Below, piece after piece: positions 13,448 through 25,292 of a stretch of 64,000 nt of DNA (the first letter of the stretch is position 1; the number at the start of each line of letters is the position of its first letter). Made by a program: the position numbers and the translations under genes. The notes beneath the pieces were generated by a model. It made no database searches. It was not told the origin of the DNA and saw nothing but the letters and a program-made list of their open reading frames with translations. The stretch is from Zootoca vivipara (Eukaryota), in the NCBI RefSeq assembly GCF_963506605.1, contig NC_083288.1, forward strand, positions 32,922,001 through 32,986,000, read 5' to 3'.

Positions 13448-13621
13448 CCGAATTTTTCCGTGTATAAGATGCCCCCATGAATAAGACGCCCCCTACTTTT
13501 GGGGACGCCAAATTTAGAACATGGGCATATGCACTCTCTGTGTATAAGATCCCCCCAGATTTTTAAACCATATTTTGAAGTAAAAAAAAAAACACCTGGT
13601 CTTATACACGGAAAAATATGG
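13448..13621. mobile_element. Tc1/pogo-type MITE
   Basis: TIR ccgaatttttccgtgtataaga / tcttatacacggaaaaatatgg, followed by TA. Confidence 0.75.
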
Positions 13622-14099
13622 TAATTGGCAGCCAGTGTAGTTGAACAAGAAGTGTAGTATGTTCCATGAATAGTCAGGCAGAGGAATTCTGCCCTAGCTG
13701 AACTTTCTGAACCATCTTTGTAAAGCAGCCATTTGTAAAATGCATTGCAGTTATAAAACCTAAAAATTCTCAAAACACAGAGAATTGAAGGAAAGCTTTT
13801 CCCATCTAGACACTGTCTAGTCTAAGTTATGAGCCAAATCTAGTAAAAGGCACTTCATGCCACCTTAATGTTATATTTTTAATAGGGATCTTCTAAGGAG
13901 CAGCTAGAAATTGAAGAGTTCAAGGAGGAGTCAAGCAATGCTAGTCTCTCAGCTGAGATGATTGAGAGTACTTGCATTCCCAGCCTTCGCTCTTCTACAG
14001 TACATGGAGCTTTCTCTCAAAAAACTACTACTGTACATGTATAGAATAGAGGTCCAGCCTCATGGCAGATCAGAGATGTGAACTGAGGTTTCCATGGCC

Positions 14100-14395
14100 T
14101 AATTCCAAGATGCTACATATACCATTTTACATTTTGGAGTCGTCTTTGGCTACAGGAGCTGCTAGGCTAGGGTGAATTCCTAACTTCAAAATTCCCCTCT
14201 GCACCACTGTTTCCATATAGTCTAACCAATGGGAATTTAAACTGACAGTTCTGAATATTCTCTAGCAATTCTACAGAGGTTCCTCCATTTTGACTTAATT
14301 ATTGCCCTCCTGGTGATCAAAATGTCTGTAATTAATCCTGCTGCTTCTCAAATCCCTGGTGCAGTTTCAGTGGCTGCTGGAAAAACTCAAAATAA
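14100..14395 (+). promoter_or_regulatory. Conserved upstream block, copy 2
   Basis: Same ordered motifs, including ctgTAATTAAtcctgctgc and aatccctggtgcag. Confidence 0.5.
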
Positions 14396-14498
14396 AGCTA
14401 GTGGAGGATGTGTTAAATAGAATCATGGTCATGTAAAAATGTGTGGGGTACATTGAGAATAGCCAAGGGTAGAAGGAAGATATGCCCTTGTATGGAAG

Positions 14499-17400
14499 AT
14501 GGTGGTTTTTGATGTTTTTCTGCTGGCACTATTTACTCAAAAGGTTTGTCAGGTCCACATGGAAAATTGCAGGGGGCAGTATATACATAAGCCACTTCAT
14601 AAGTACCACCAGTCAGGAGATTTTATCATTGGTGGCATTGTTTCTCATGGTGGCTTTGTCTCCAATCCAAGAACCTTCACTGAAGAATCTCCACCGGAAT
14701 TATCTGAAGAGCTTGTGTAAGAACCTTTTGTTTTTACTTCTATTTATTGTATGAGCTTATAGCTGTAATAAATTTGATCTGATCTTCTATTTGTTATGTC
14801 ACTGGAGTCCTAGAATAGCAGCATCAGAACACCTACTGGGTCTGCAAATCAATACACTCTTATTTGGGAATAGCTCCTTTCAAACTGGATTAGATCTATC
14901 AGACTAAAAATGCATAGGGTTGTAGTGTTCAGGCAGTTAAAACAATACTGAAGTTGGGGGGGGACCCCATTGCTCCACAGGGGAGTGAATAACATGTTAT
15001 TGGGAAGAGTATGGGAGAGGGGTAGTACCTCTGGTTGAGGAAACCTCTTTTTCCTTCTGGGTTAGTTTGTTCACCTTTGGTCCCCACTCTGCACTCAGCT
15101 CTCACCAGTGGCTTCTAGAAGCTGTCAAGCTGCAAGAGCAGCCACACCCTGGGAACGGCTTTGACTGGCCAACTAAACCAGGTATGGGGAGCTGATGAGT
15201 TTCAAACCCTCAGTGAGTTAGGGACTTCCTCTGCATGTTAAGACAGGCTTTGGCGGATTGAGAAAGCCCATAAGCCTGAGGCTGAGTTGGGAGGAAGAAG
15301 GACATGCTCACACATTACACAGCAGCAGACATGTGTTTGTCATGGAACATGTGTGAGAGAGAAGGCATTTGCCAAGCTACACCATGTTTTTCTTTTTCAA
15401 TATGATCCAACTCTGTGGGAATCAGATGTATCTAACCTTAACTGGTCTCCTTCTTTAACTCCCTTCCCAGTTCCCTTACTTCAGAATAAAATTTCTTTTC
15501 TTTTTGAGGATTAATCAGAGCACTTGCAGGAAGCACAGACCATTATTACCCAAATGGAAACTCACTTATGCATACTAAGAAGATTCCTAATAATCAGCTT
15601 CAAATCACAGTATTCCTCCCTTTTTCTTTCTAGCCCATGACCACTGCAGCAATGCAACCTGCCTTCACTTTTCCTCCCCTACTCTGGCCTGACACCTTGC
15701 AAATCCAGGTTTATGATATGGCTCTATAAATCCACTAATGGGGGCTGTGCTATGAGAGAATGCAAATACAGTATGGTGATATGGAACTACAGATCCTACA
15801 ACTGGGGCTGCATGGTGACATTCTCACACTTTTGTTATACAGAGAGAAAGCTCAAAGTCTCAGTCCCCTGATGAGTGGAATTGCTTGCAATGTCACAATT
15901 ATAATCCAGTTGTTCTTGTTGTTGTTGATGATGATGATATACAGAACAAAATAGTAATTAAACTCACAACACAGCAGAAAGGGAGACCTGTGTTATTTAT
16001 TAGGGTCTTACAATCTTATTCCCTTACAATCTTATGCCCCTATACCAATGATAAAGCCCACTGAACTCAAAATAATTAACTTTGTGTTTTGATATAGATT
16101 GCAACTCTTGTTCTAGGGTGGTGCCTAAGGGTTACCAGCACATCCTGGCCTTGGCATTTGCAGTAAAGGAGATCAACGAAAACCCTCACATCTTACCCAA
16201 CTATACCTTGGGCTTCCACATCTATGACAGCAACGATAATGCAAGGAAGACCTATCATGTCACTATGCTACTTTTATCCACACTGGAGAAATTTGCCCCA
16301 AATTATATTTGTGATATCCAGAATAATCTGACAGCTGTCATTGGAGGACTTGACACTGAAATCTCCCTTCATGTGGCAACTATTTTGCATCTCTATAAGA
16401 TTCCACAGGTAGGGCACTTCTGTGTGTTTATGTGTACGGGGATCCAACACCATTTTCATAATTCCTTGGTCCTTCCAGATTTTATTTTGTGGGTTGGAAT
16501 CAGAAATGGATGGAATAGGAATAGCCAGATTCCTTCCTTCCTTCCTTCCTTCCTTCCTTCCTCCCTCCCTTCCTTCCTTCCTTCCTTCCTTCCTTCCTTC
16601 CTTCCTTTTCCAAGACTAAGAAATCCCTGTGATATAGTTCAATTATAAATGAGGGAGGAAATTGGAATTGGGAACAAGGCAGCTTCTGATGTTCCTGTAT
16701 TCATAGGTTTGTGCAGTGTTTTTTCCCTTTAAAAATGTTTAGGGATACTCGCATTTTCCTACTCATTTTGAAATACTGCCCCTCAATGAGGCCATACTTA
16801 GATTTACGAAATGTTTAGGGGTGTGCATACCCCTGCGTCCCCCCAGAAAAAAGCACTGGATTTGTGACAAATACCAGCCAATCATACATACTCTCTTTTT
16901 AGGGGTGGTTATTGAAAGGATGTGATGCAACAATTGCTGATATTTTTGGATTAGACCAATTAGCTTGACCTTCCTCAATTTTAGTTCAAGAATGGTTATG
17001 GGAATGAATCAACTTGGGATAGTCTGATGGATGACCTTTATTGGGAGATGAGAAGGAGATTGCAACCCTCATTCTTACTTGATCTCTGTGACCTTTCATG
17101 CCATTAAACCATGGTATCCTTCTGAGCCAACTTAGTGAGATGGGTATTGAAGGCACTGGTTTTCAATGGTTCTGATCCAGGGTTTGTTTCAATACTAGAA
17201 TGGAGTGTCATAGTGTATTTTCTTATATCCCATGTCATTTAGCACCCAAAAATATTCACTAAATGAATATTCACTAAAGGAAGGTGACTTCTTGGGGTTA
17301 TATGTTAGTCATACACAGAATAATAAAACTTAATGGGATATTAATCAGGAAATAAAATTCAAAGAAGTAAAATGGCAATGTTTGTTCCAGTAACTGATAA

Positions 17401-20400
17401 TCATTGTCTTCTTAGCTATGAACAATGAAAGCATTTGACAACAATTTATTTCTGTGACAAATCATATTGTTGACATAAGTGGAATCTTCCCATCTCCAGC
17501 CAAGGTAATTTTAGCAGCAAAATGAGAAACCTTACCGTGATCTGAACACAGATTTCAAAAACAAGCATAAGACCCATATTGAGATTAATCTCTGCTTTTA
17601 ATAATTTTATTATTTGTACCCTGCCCATCTGACTGGGTTGCTCCAGCCACTTTTGAACTATTCCAATCAGCATTTCCAACCATAGTATTTATTTCTCCAA
17701 TCTTTCCTTAGCTCACATATGGCCCTGCTCCAATGATGAATAAAAAGATCCCAGGGTTTTCCTTCTACCAGATGGCCCCCCAGGAACGCCACCAATTTGC
17801 AGGGATTCTCTCTTTGCTTCTGCATTTCAGATGGACATGGATTGGGGTCCTTGTGATGGATAATGACAATGGAGAAAGATTTGTGCTTAGTGTGCTCCCA
17901 GTGTTTACAGAAAGTGGTATCTGCTTTGCCTTTCTAGAAAAAATTCCAAAAATGAGTTTTGCCAGTGAAACAGAGGATATGATTCAACACGGGGCAAAGC
18001 TGCATGATGAAATAATGAGCAGCAAAGCTAATGTAGTTCTTGTCTATGGAGAATCTTATTCAATGGTAGTTTTAAGATGGCTTCCATATCTAAAAAACTT
18101 CGTGCCTGTGGCAATGAATACACAAGGTAAAGTATGGATAACAACAGCCCAGATGGAGTTCACTTCATTTGTCATTCAACGCAATTGGGAGTTGAGATTG
18201 TTTCATGGCACTATATCTTTTGGAATTCACTTAAATGACTTAAGAGGATTTCATCATTATGTTAAGAGCATAAATCCTTCTACCACAGATGGAGATGGTT
18301 TCCTCAGGGACTTCTGGCAACAAGCCTTTGGCTGCGGATTTCCAAATTCCATGGTTGGCAATGTGGAGGGGACTATATGCACTGGGAAAGAGAAGCTGGA
18401 GAGCCTTCCTGGGGATTTTTTTGAAATGAGCATGACAGGCCATAGCTATAGCATCTACAATGCTGTTTATGCCGTGGCCCATGCTTTGCACGTGTTGACC
18501 TCATCTAATGTCAGAGGAATGGTTCACAAAAGGAGACAGAAGGATTGGAACCAACAGTTATGGAAGGTAAGGGGTTGAAGATTCTCGTCTTGCATAGCAC
18601 CTTGGAATAATGTTACTTCCTCCCAACAACTGGGGTTCCTCAGTGCTTTATTTCCTGGCTTTACTACTTTCTTTTTAAAAAAATTATTGAAAAGAAACTT
18701 TTAAACAATACAAATTGCCAATAACATAACCAATTACATTCCCCCCTTTCCCCTTCCCATCCCTCCCTCTCCCACCCTCTAAGGACCTCCCTCAGCTCCC
18801 CTCTCTTGTTTGTTTATACATATTATTCTCTGCATGTTATAAAATTGTACATACCATTGCCTTATCTGTCATGTGTTCTACTAATAATTTGTGGATGTTT
18901 ATTCAAAACTTGCCAAGGAGTCCAGATCCTTTTTAAATAGTGTGTAAAAAGTTCCCATTCTTCCTTGAAGTCATGGTTGTCCTTCAAAGAAGCTCCTGCT
19001 TTTGCTTTTTTTTTCCCCAATCTAGCTCCACCACTTTTTAAGAAGTATCTTATTTAACAACACTTCGGGAGATGAGGTCTCCTTCAACCAGTATGGAGAG
19101 CTAGTCACTTGCTTGGATATTATCAATTGGATTATTTCCTCCAACCAATCCTTTCATAGAGTGAGAGTTGGAAGGATGGACCCACAGGCTTTTCCAGATC
19201 ATGCATTTACCCTTCATGAAGATGACATAACATGGCACAGCTGGTTTAACCAGGTAGGGTACAAGTATCTCCTGTTTCAAATGAGTTCCAGTATTGAGAG
19301 ATCTACATTGGCTCCCAGTACGTTTCCGAGCAAATTCAAAGTGTTGGTGCTGACCTTTAAAGCCCTAAACAGCCTTGGTCCTGTATACCTGAAGGAGCGT
19401 CTCCACCCCCATCGTTCAGCCCGGACACTGAGATCCAGCGGCGAGGGCCTTCTGGCGGTTCCCTCACTGTGAGAAGCAAAGCTACAGGGAACCAGGCAGA
19501 GGGCCTTCTCGGTAGTGGCACCCGCCCTGTGGAACGCCCTCCCATCAGAGGTCAGAGAGATAAACAACTACCTGACATTTAGAAAATACCTAAAGGCAGC
19601 TGTGACAAATTGAAGCACTTTTAAAATGTTGATTTCTGCCCGGCTGGCAAAGAGTTAACCCACCTCCAGCCTGACTGACATAGAACTCTGATGGGGGCGG
19701 GACTGTGCCCGGTTTGAAAGGAGGGAGTGTCGGTTTTGGTCAGTTAGGAGGGAGAGGGAGGAAGGTGTGGTGTGATGTTATGTGGTGGCTTATATGAAGA
19801 CAGTTAAGAGGCTAGGAAAACTTAAAGTTAAATGTTTGACTGAGTTTATTTTGTACAACTGGAACAAAGCTAATTAATAAATGACACGTTAAAGAATCAC
19901 TTATGTTTTTAACTCAATAAAACTTCATCTCTGTTTTTGCCAACAAGAGGTCCGTTTGTATTTTTCCAGCGAGGTACCAGGACTCACAGCCGTGGTGACT
20001 CAAGAGAGGGCCAAACTCACCTCAGGCAGGGAGGTGGTGGTTTGTGTCCTGAAGTTACACGGAGGAGGCTTAGAAGGGTAACCTGAGGTGCCAAGAAGTT
20101 GCCAGAGTGCCTAGGGCAAACTTCTACAGTGGGGGAATCCAACTGAGGGAGACCCTTTACAGGAGGCAAGAGGTTATTCCTGGGGGACAGCCTAGAGTTT
20201 CTTAAGGTACCAGGCCACGTAGGCTGGAAGGCTCTCCTTACTTAGAAACCCATTAGGAAAAGGGGTTTATTTTTGAGGCGGCAGGAGAAGAGGGTGGGTG
20301 TTTTCCCCTCTGGATTCCTGTGTCGCAGTGATAGTAAGGCAGAGTGGGACCAGGGTTGTCACAGCAGCCCTTTTTAGGGAAGTTTTTAATCTGTGATATT

Positions 20401-22716
20401 TTAATGTATTTTAATGTGTGTTGGAAGCCGCCCATCTGGCGGGGTATAAATAATTTATTATTATTATTATTAAATGAGCACTGGGGATCTGTCCAGATTT
20501 CTAAAACTGCTTTCATTTAACAATCATACACACCCATGAAATACTGATTTTTGATTGAAATAATATTACTATTTATGAAGTGATATAAAAAGGAAACCCC
20601 ACAGATTTCTTCCCAGGCTGATGTGCCAGAAAGAATGGAGCAGAAATGTGGATGGAAAGGCAACATAAATTGCAAAGAGACTAGAAGGAAAAATTGAGAG
20701 AAGACAGGATAAAGTAGAAGAGAAAACATGGTTTTAGGGGAGCAGAAGAAGAGGAGAAAAGAGGATAGTGAAGAGGCTTGAGCAGGAAATTTGACACACA
20801 TCAGTCTCGCCGCTCGGCCTCTGCCTGAGTAGGAAGAAGACAAAGCGTGCAGCAAGCCGATCCCTAGCGCCTCTCGACAGGGGCATCGCCTCCGCCTGAG
20901 TAGGAAGAAGACAAAGTGCGCGGCATAGCTGACCCCCCTCGCCGCTCCACCTGAGTAGGAAGAAGCACACGTCGCGCTATGGAGCAGGTTGCCAGCGGCG
21001 GTGCTCCAGAGCCCAGATCCTCGGATCCGGCGCTGGAGCACTGCCCCCCGGCAACCCGCTCCGTAGTGCGACGTGAGGTCGTGCGTCGTGATGCGTCACG
21101 CATGCGCGCGAAGGACACCCCACCCCCTGGCGGGGTGCCTTCTGGTGTGCCACCCCAAGCAGCCAGAAAGCTAGCGACGCCGCTGCCCAAACACTTCAGT
21201 ATCAGTGAAAAAGATGTATTATTGCCAGCTTTCAATGAACAGTAATGCTTAATCTAGTTCAAATAAGTATCTGCTATATCATACCAGGTATTTTCTCCCT
21301 CTACAAACAAAAAGGACCAGAATCCAAAAGATTCCCTAATAATTGTTCTCTTTATTATAATTATGCTCTTTCATTTATGGATCAGGCTCACCCTCGTTCT
21401 TTTTGTACTGAGAGTTGTCAACCTGGATCTAGCAAGAAAGTGAAGGAAGGAGAGCCATTTTGTTGCTACGATTGCACTCCATGCCCAGAGGGGAAGATTT
21501 CAAATATGGAAGGTAAGCAATACACATAGGAGCCCGAATCCACACAGCATTACTTGGACTCAGCTCCCATTAAAATAAATGCAAGTGTAAATACACTTAA
21601 GTTACTCTGGCTCAAACTCAGAACAGCTGTTAATCAGAGGAATATGCACATAACTCAATAGGTTAATCTTTTAATGCTTAGAATGTTAATGAAAGGTTAT
21701 TGAGACTTCTATACAATATCAGCACTGGCTGTATTATTGGAATGGGCATGTGAAAAGGGAGCAACTATGGCATGTTATTGAAATTAATGGCAATACACAT
21801 CTTTCTTTTTCCAGATATGAATGACTGTAATAAATGCTCAGATGAAAACTATCCTAGCAAGAGGCAAGATACATGTGTTCCCAAGGATATAAGCTTCTTG
21901 TCTTATGAAGAAACCTTAGGGATTACTTTAGCCTTCCTTGCTCTTTTTTTTGCTTTAATCACAGCGCTGGTGCTTGGAATATTTCTGAAGAACCACAACA
22001 CTCCAATCATCAAAGCCAGCAACCGAAACCTCACCTACACACTCCTCATCTCCCTCTTGCTCTGCTTCCTTTGCGCTTTATTGTTCATTGGCCAACCTGA
22101 GACCATGACATGTCTCCTCCGACAAACTGCTTTTGGCATCATCTTCTCAGTGGCAGTTTCTTGTGTGCTGGCAAAGACCATCACTGTAGTTCTGGCTTTC
22201 ATGGCCACCAAACCAGGTTCCAGGATGAGGAAGTGGGTGGGGAAAAGACTGGCCTCCTCCATTGTTCTTTCCTGCTCCCTTATTCAAACTTTCATATGCA
22301 GTGTGTGGCTGGCAACCTCTCCTCCATTCCCAGATCTTGACATGCATTCACTGATGGAAGAAATTATACTAGAATGTAACGAGGGCTCTGTGACAATGTT
22401 TTACTCTACTCTTGGCTATATAGGCTTCCTGGCAGCTCTGAGTTTCACAGTGGCTTTCCTTGCCAGGAAGTTACCCAACAGTTTCAATGAAGCCAAGTTT
22501 ATAACTTTTAGCATGTTGGTCTTTTGTAGTGTTTGGCTGTCCTTTATTCCCTCCTACCTGAGCACTGAGGGAAAATACATGGTAGCTGTGGAGATCTTTT
22601 CTATCTTAGCCTCCAGCTCTGGTCTGCTGGGTTGCATCTTTGCTCCCAAATGCTACATTATTGTGCTGCAGCCTCAACTGAACAACAGGGAACAGCTAAT
22701 AAGAAGAAAAGAATGA
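14499..22716 (+). CDS. V2R copy 2; six exons, ~873 aa
   Basis: Exons 14499-14716, 16117-16408, 17712-18566, 19026-19253, 21386-21512, 21815-22716; GT-AG, 2622 nt in frame; same VFT/CRD/7TM motifs. Confidence 0.95.
15000..15265 (+). repeat. Old unclassified interspersed repeat in ancestral intron 1
   Basis: Homologous copies at ~42370-42625, ~43660-43830, ~54770-55025 and ~56060-56225. Confidence 0.55.
16530..16606. repeat. (TTCC)n microsatellite
   Basis: Direct reading. Confidence 0.95.
16714..16858. mobile_element. hAT-type MITE
   Basis: TIR cagtgtttttt / aaaaaagcactg; 8-bp TSD ggtttgtg / gatttgtg (7/8). Confidence 0.75.
17023..17180 (+). mobile_element. Degenerate L2 reverse-transcriptase fragment
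   Basis: Frameshifted remnant of DDL....LLDLS.AF.TI.HGILL..L...GI.GT..QWF. Confidence 0.55.
18670..18975 (-). mobile_element. L1-type LINE 3' end
   Basis: Reverse complement resembles the 3' part (49680-49980) of the L1 copy in copy 5. Confidence 0.55.
19286..20471 (+). mobile_element. 5'-truncated L2 LINE, interrupted by a solo LTR
   Basis: Encodes [49 protein letters not shown]; (TTA)n tail; candidate TSD AAATGAG (19279-19285, 20472-20478). Confidence 0.85.
19601..20363 (+). mobile_element. Solo LTR nested in L2
   Basis: Perfect inverted termini TGTGACAA / TTGTCACA, 5-bp TSD GCAGC, AATAAA at ~19916; L2 sequence resumes after it. Confidence 0.88.
20790..21185. mobile_element. CpG-rich non-autonomous DNA transposon (hAT-like), left end unresolved
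   Basis: Abrupt GC/CpG island; three internal repeats of cctgagtaggaagaag; right end ctagcgacgccgctg looks like a TIR. Confidence 0.5.
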
Positions 22717-22761
22717 AGTTTTTATTGCGAGTTATTTGTTATGGCATATTAGTGCATGTTT

Positions 22762-23482
22762 ATCTTAGTCTTTTGTAGTGTTTGTTATCTTTTTCTTCCA
22801 AGTTAAAGGTAAAGGTAAAGGGACCCCTGACCATTAGGTCCAGTTGTGACTGACTCTGGGGTTGCGGCACTCATCTCGTGTTATTGGCCGAGGGAGCCGG
22901 CGTACAGCTTCCAGGTCATGTGGCCAACATGACAAAGTCGCTTCTGGTGAACCAGAGCAGCACACGGAAATGCCGTTTACCTTCCAGCTATAGCAGTACC
23001 TATTTATCTACTTGCACTTTGATGTGCTTTCGAACTGCTAGGTTGGCAGGAGCTGGGACCGAGCAATGGGAGCTCACCCCATCGCAAGGATTCGAACTGC
23101 CACCCTTCTGATCAGCAAGCCCTAGCTCAGTGGTTTAACCCACAGCACCACCCGTGTCCCCTTTTTTCTTCCAAGTTACTTGAGCACAAAAGGGAAATCT
23201 ATGGTAACTGTGGAGATCTTCTGTATTTTAGCCTCCAGTGCTGGATTGCAAGGTTGCAGCCCTTTCCTGCTCCTTTTTTCAAACAAGCATGTGTATTCTG
23301 TGGCTGGTACCCTCTCTCCCATTCACTGACCAAAGAAATCATACTAGAATGTAACAAGGCATCTGGGTCTATGTTTTACTCTGCTCTTGGCTACATGGCT
23401 TTTCTTGCCAGGAAGTTACCTGACAGCTTTACTGAAGTCAATATGATCACTTACAGCATGTTGATCTGTTGCAGTGTTTGGT
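22762..23482 (+). pseudogene. Rearranged relic of the V2R 7TM exon (TM6-TM7 followed by TM4-TM6), split by a SINE
   Basis: Aligns by eye with 22514-22638 and then 22267-22536 of copy 2; ORF-track fragment [33 protein letters not shown]; internal deletions. Confidence 0.85.
22806..23162 (-). mobile_element. Sauria SINE (Squam1), full length
   Basis: (ACCTTT)n tail read as aaggtaaaggtaaag; tRNA-like head; 16-bp TSD tttttcttccaagtta (22790-22805, 23163-23178). Confidence 0.9.
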
Positions 23483-23930
23483 TGTAGACGCAAACTGTTA
23501 GGAGTCCAAGTTCCCAGCTCGATAACACAGTAAACGTATGTAATTTAAAAGGAGGATTTATTGCAAAAACAAGCAAGCCAAGCATCCGGCATCATCACTA
23601 CTTAGAAGTTGACCCTTCTAAGGAGTCCGTCCTACGTCTACAGAAGATATTGAACCTACATCTCAGGCTCTTGGGTCATCTGCAGCTCCTTCCTGTGACG
23701 AACAGCTGTCTCTCTCACTTTTCGCGCCTGTTTGTGCTTCCTGAGAGCTTTGGTTGGTTCCAGCCTGCTCTCAGCTATTGCCTTATCAGCCTGCCTGTCA
23801 AGGTCATGAGGAGACGAATCCTGCAGCTGTCGGCTCTCCTCTGCCTGAGTAAAATCCAAGCTTCTCTGATCCTGTCTGCTTTCTGCAGCCGGCTGCAAAC
23901 CTACACTTGGAGCTGGCGTATTCATGACGC
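23483..23930 (-). mobile_element. Probable LTR-like repeat
   Basis: Truncates the exon-6 relic; TG start, TTTATT, repeated ctctcagct/cctg-type motifs; TSD not resolved. Confidence 0.35.
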
Positions 23931-24859
23931 AAGCACAGTGTCAGGACAGGAAGGGTGAGCTGATAAGTGGTGGACAAACTGATGCAACAACGTTCTGAGA
24001 TTGAAGATTGCCACAACTTTATTGATTAGAGATGTAGGTAGGCTTTTGGTTTAGGCATTTCAAAAATCCCCTTCCAGAACAGATTCTGCTCCTTTAATAG
24101 GAAAACACCAGTTTCAATACATCACATAATTTTGGGTTACCCTCTTCTTGACACCCTTCGCAGAGATCTCCTAGTGACTTCCTTACAGCTTAAAATATTT
24201 GTTGAGGGACAATACTTCCAAAGCTACCAAGATTGATTTGGGGTAGTTAGCCGAGATCTTTCAAGCTAAATCTAAAGTTGCATCTTTTATATATTGTATA
24301 TGTATGGATTATCAATGTATTTTGGTTGACTTTGTATGATTTTATTGTTTAAATGTATGCCAATAAAGGCCAATAACAATAAAAAATGGCAGAGTTATTA
24401 TGTTGGAGTGGAATAAAGCCATGGACAGAGAGATAAATAGACATCCTGAGCTGGCAGAACTAGAGCTTAAGAGAACTGTACAATTTAGAGTGTATTCAGA
24501 GGAAAAAGCTACCACGTTTCTGGCACTTTTCTTGGAAAAAGAACGGAAGAAGCCTCATTCCAAGCCCATATGCCCCTTGCCATGGTAAAGAGGAGCAGAA
24601 ACTGGGGAACAAAATTGATGTAAATATCTGCCACAGCACAAGGGTAAATGAAGGGGCTTGACTGCTAAAGTATTTTATATTTTTAATTAAAAGCTAAAGG
24701 TTGTCTTTTAGCTCACTGACTATATTTTGTTAAAGCTAAATGTGCTTTACATGTTTCAATATGTAAAGCTACTGAGTTAAGAAGTACAGAATTAAAGGCA
24801 GCTTTCTCTCAAACAACTACTACATGTATAGAACAGAGGTCCTGCCTCATGGCTGACCA

Positions 24860-25155
24860 GAGATCACCATTTTACATTTTGGAGTCTCCTTTGGCTACTT
24901 GAGATGCCAGGATGAATTCCTAACTTCACCATTTCCCTCTCCACCACTGTTCCCATATAATCTAACAAAGGGGAATTTAAAATGAGAGTTGTAAATATTC
25001 TCCAGCAATCCAACAGGGAACCCAGCATTTTGACTTTCTAATTACCTTACCTACAGATCAAAAGGTCTGTAATTAATTCTGCTGCTACTCAAATCCCTGG
25101 TGCAGTATTGGTGGCCACTGGAAAAATTCAAAGCAATGATCTTATAAATATAGCC
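24860..25155 (+). promoter_or_regulatory. Conserved upstream block with TATA-like TATAAATA (25143), copy 3
   Basis: Same motifs; TATAAATA ~150 bp before the ATG, also present in copies 4-6. Confidence 0.5.
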
Positions 25156-25292
25156 ATGATTATGATCCTCAATATTCAAGATTTCTGTCTCTCATGAAAC
25201 TATACTACCTTTCAGATTAGACAGTTTTAATGTCATGATAGCGCTGTAGAAGAGATTAAATGAATCTGTGGATAGATGGAAAGCGTGCCCTT

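Noticed and set aside
16082-16648. ORF-track extensions beyond exons (e.g. PSFL repeats, hydrophobic tails after exon 2)
   Set aside because: Intron read-through past strong conserved donors; not conserved between paralogs.
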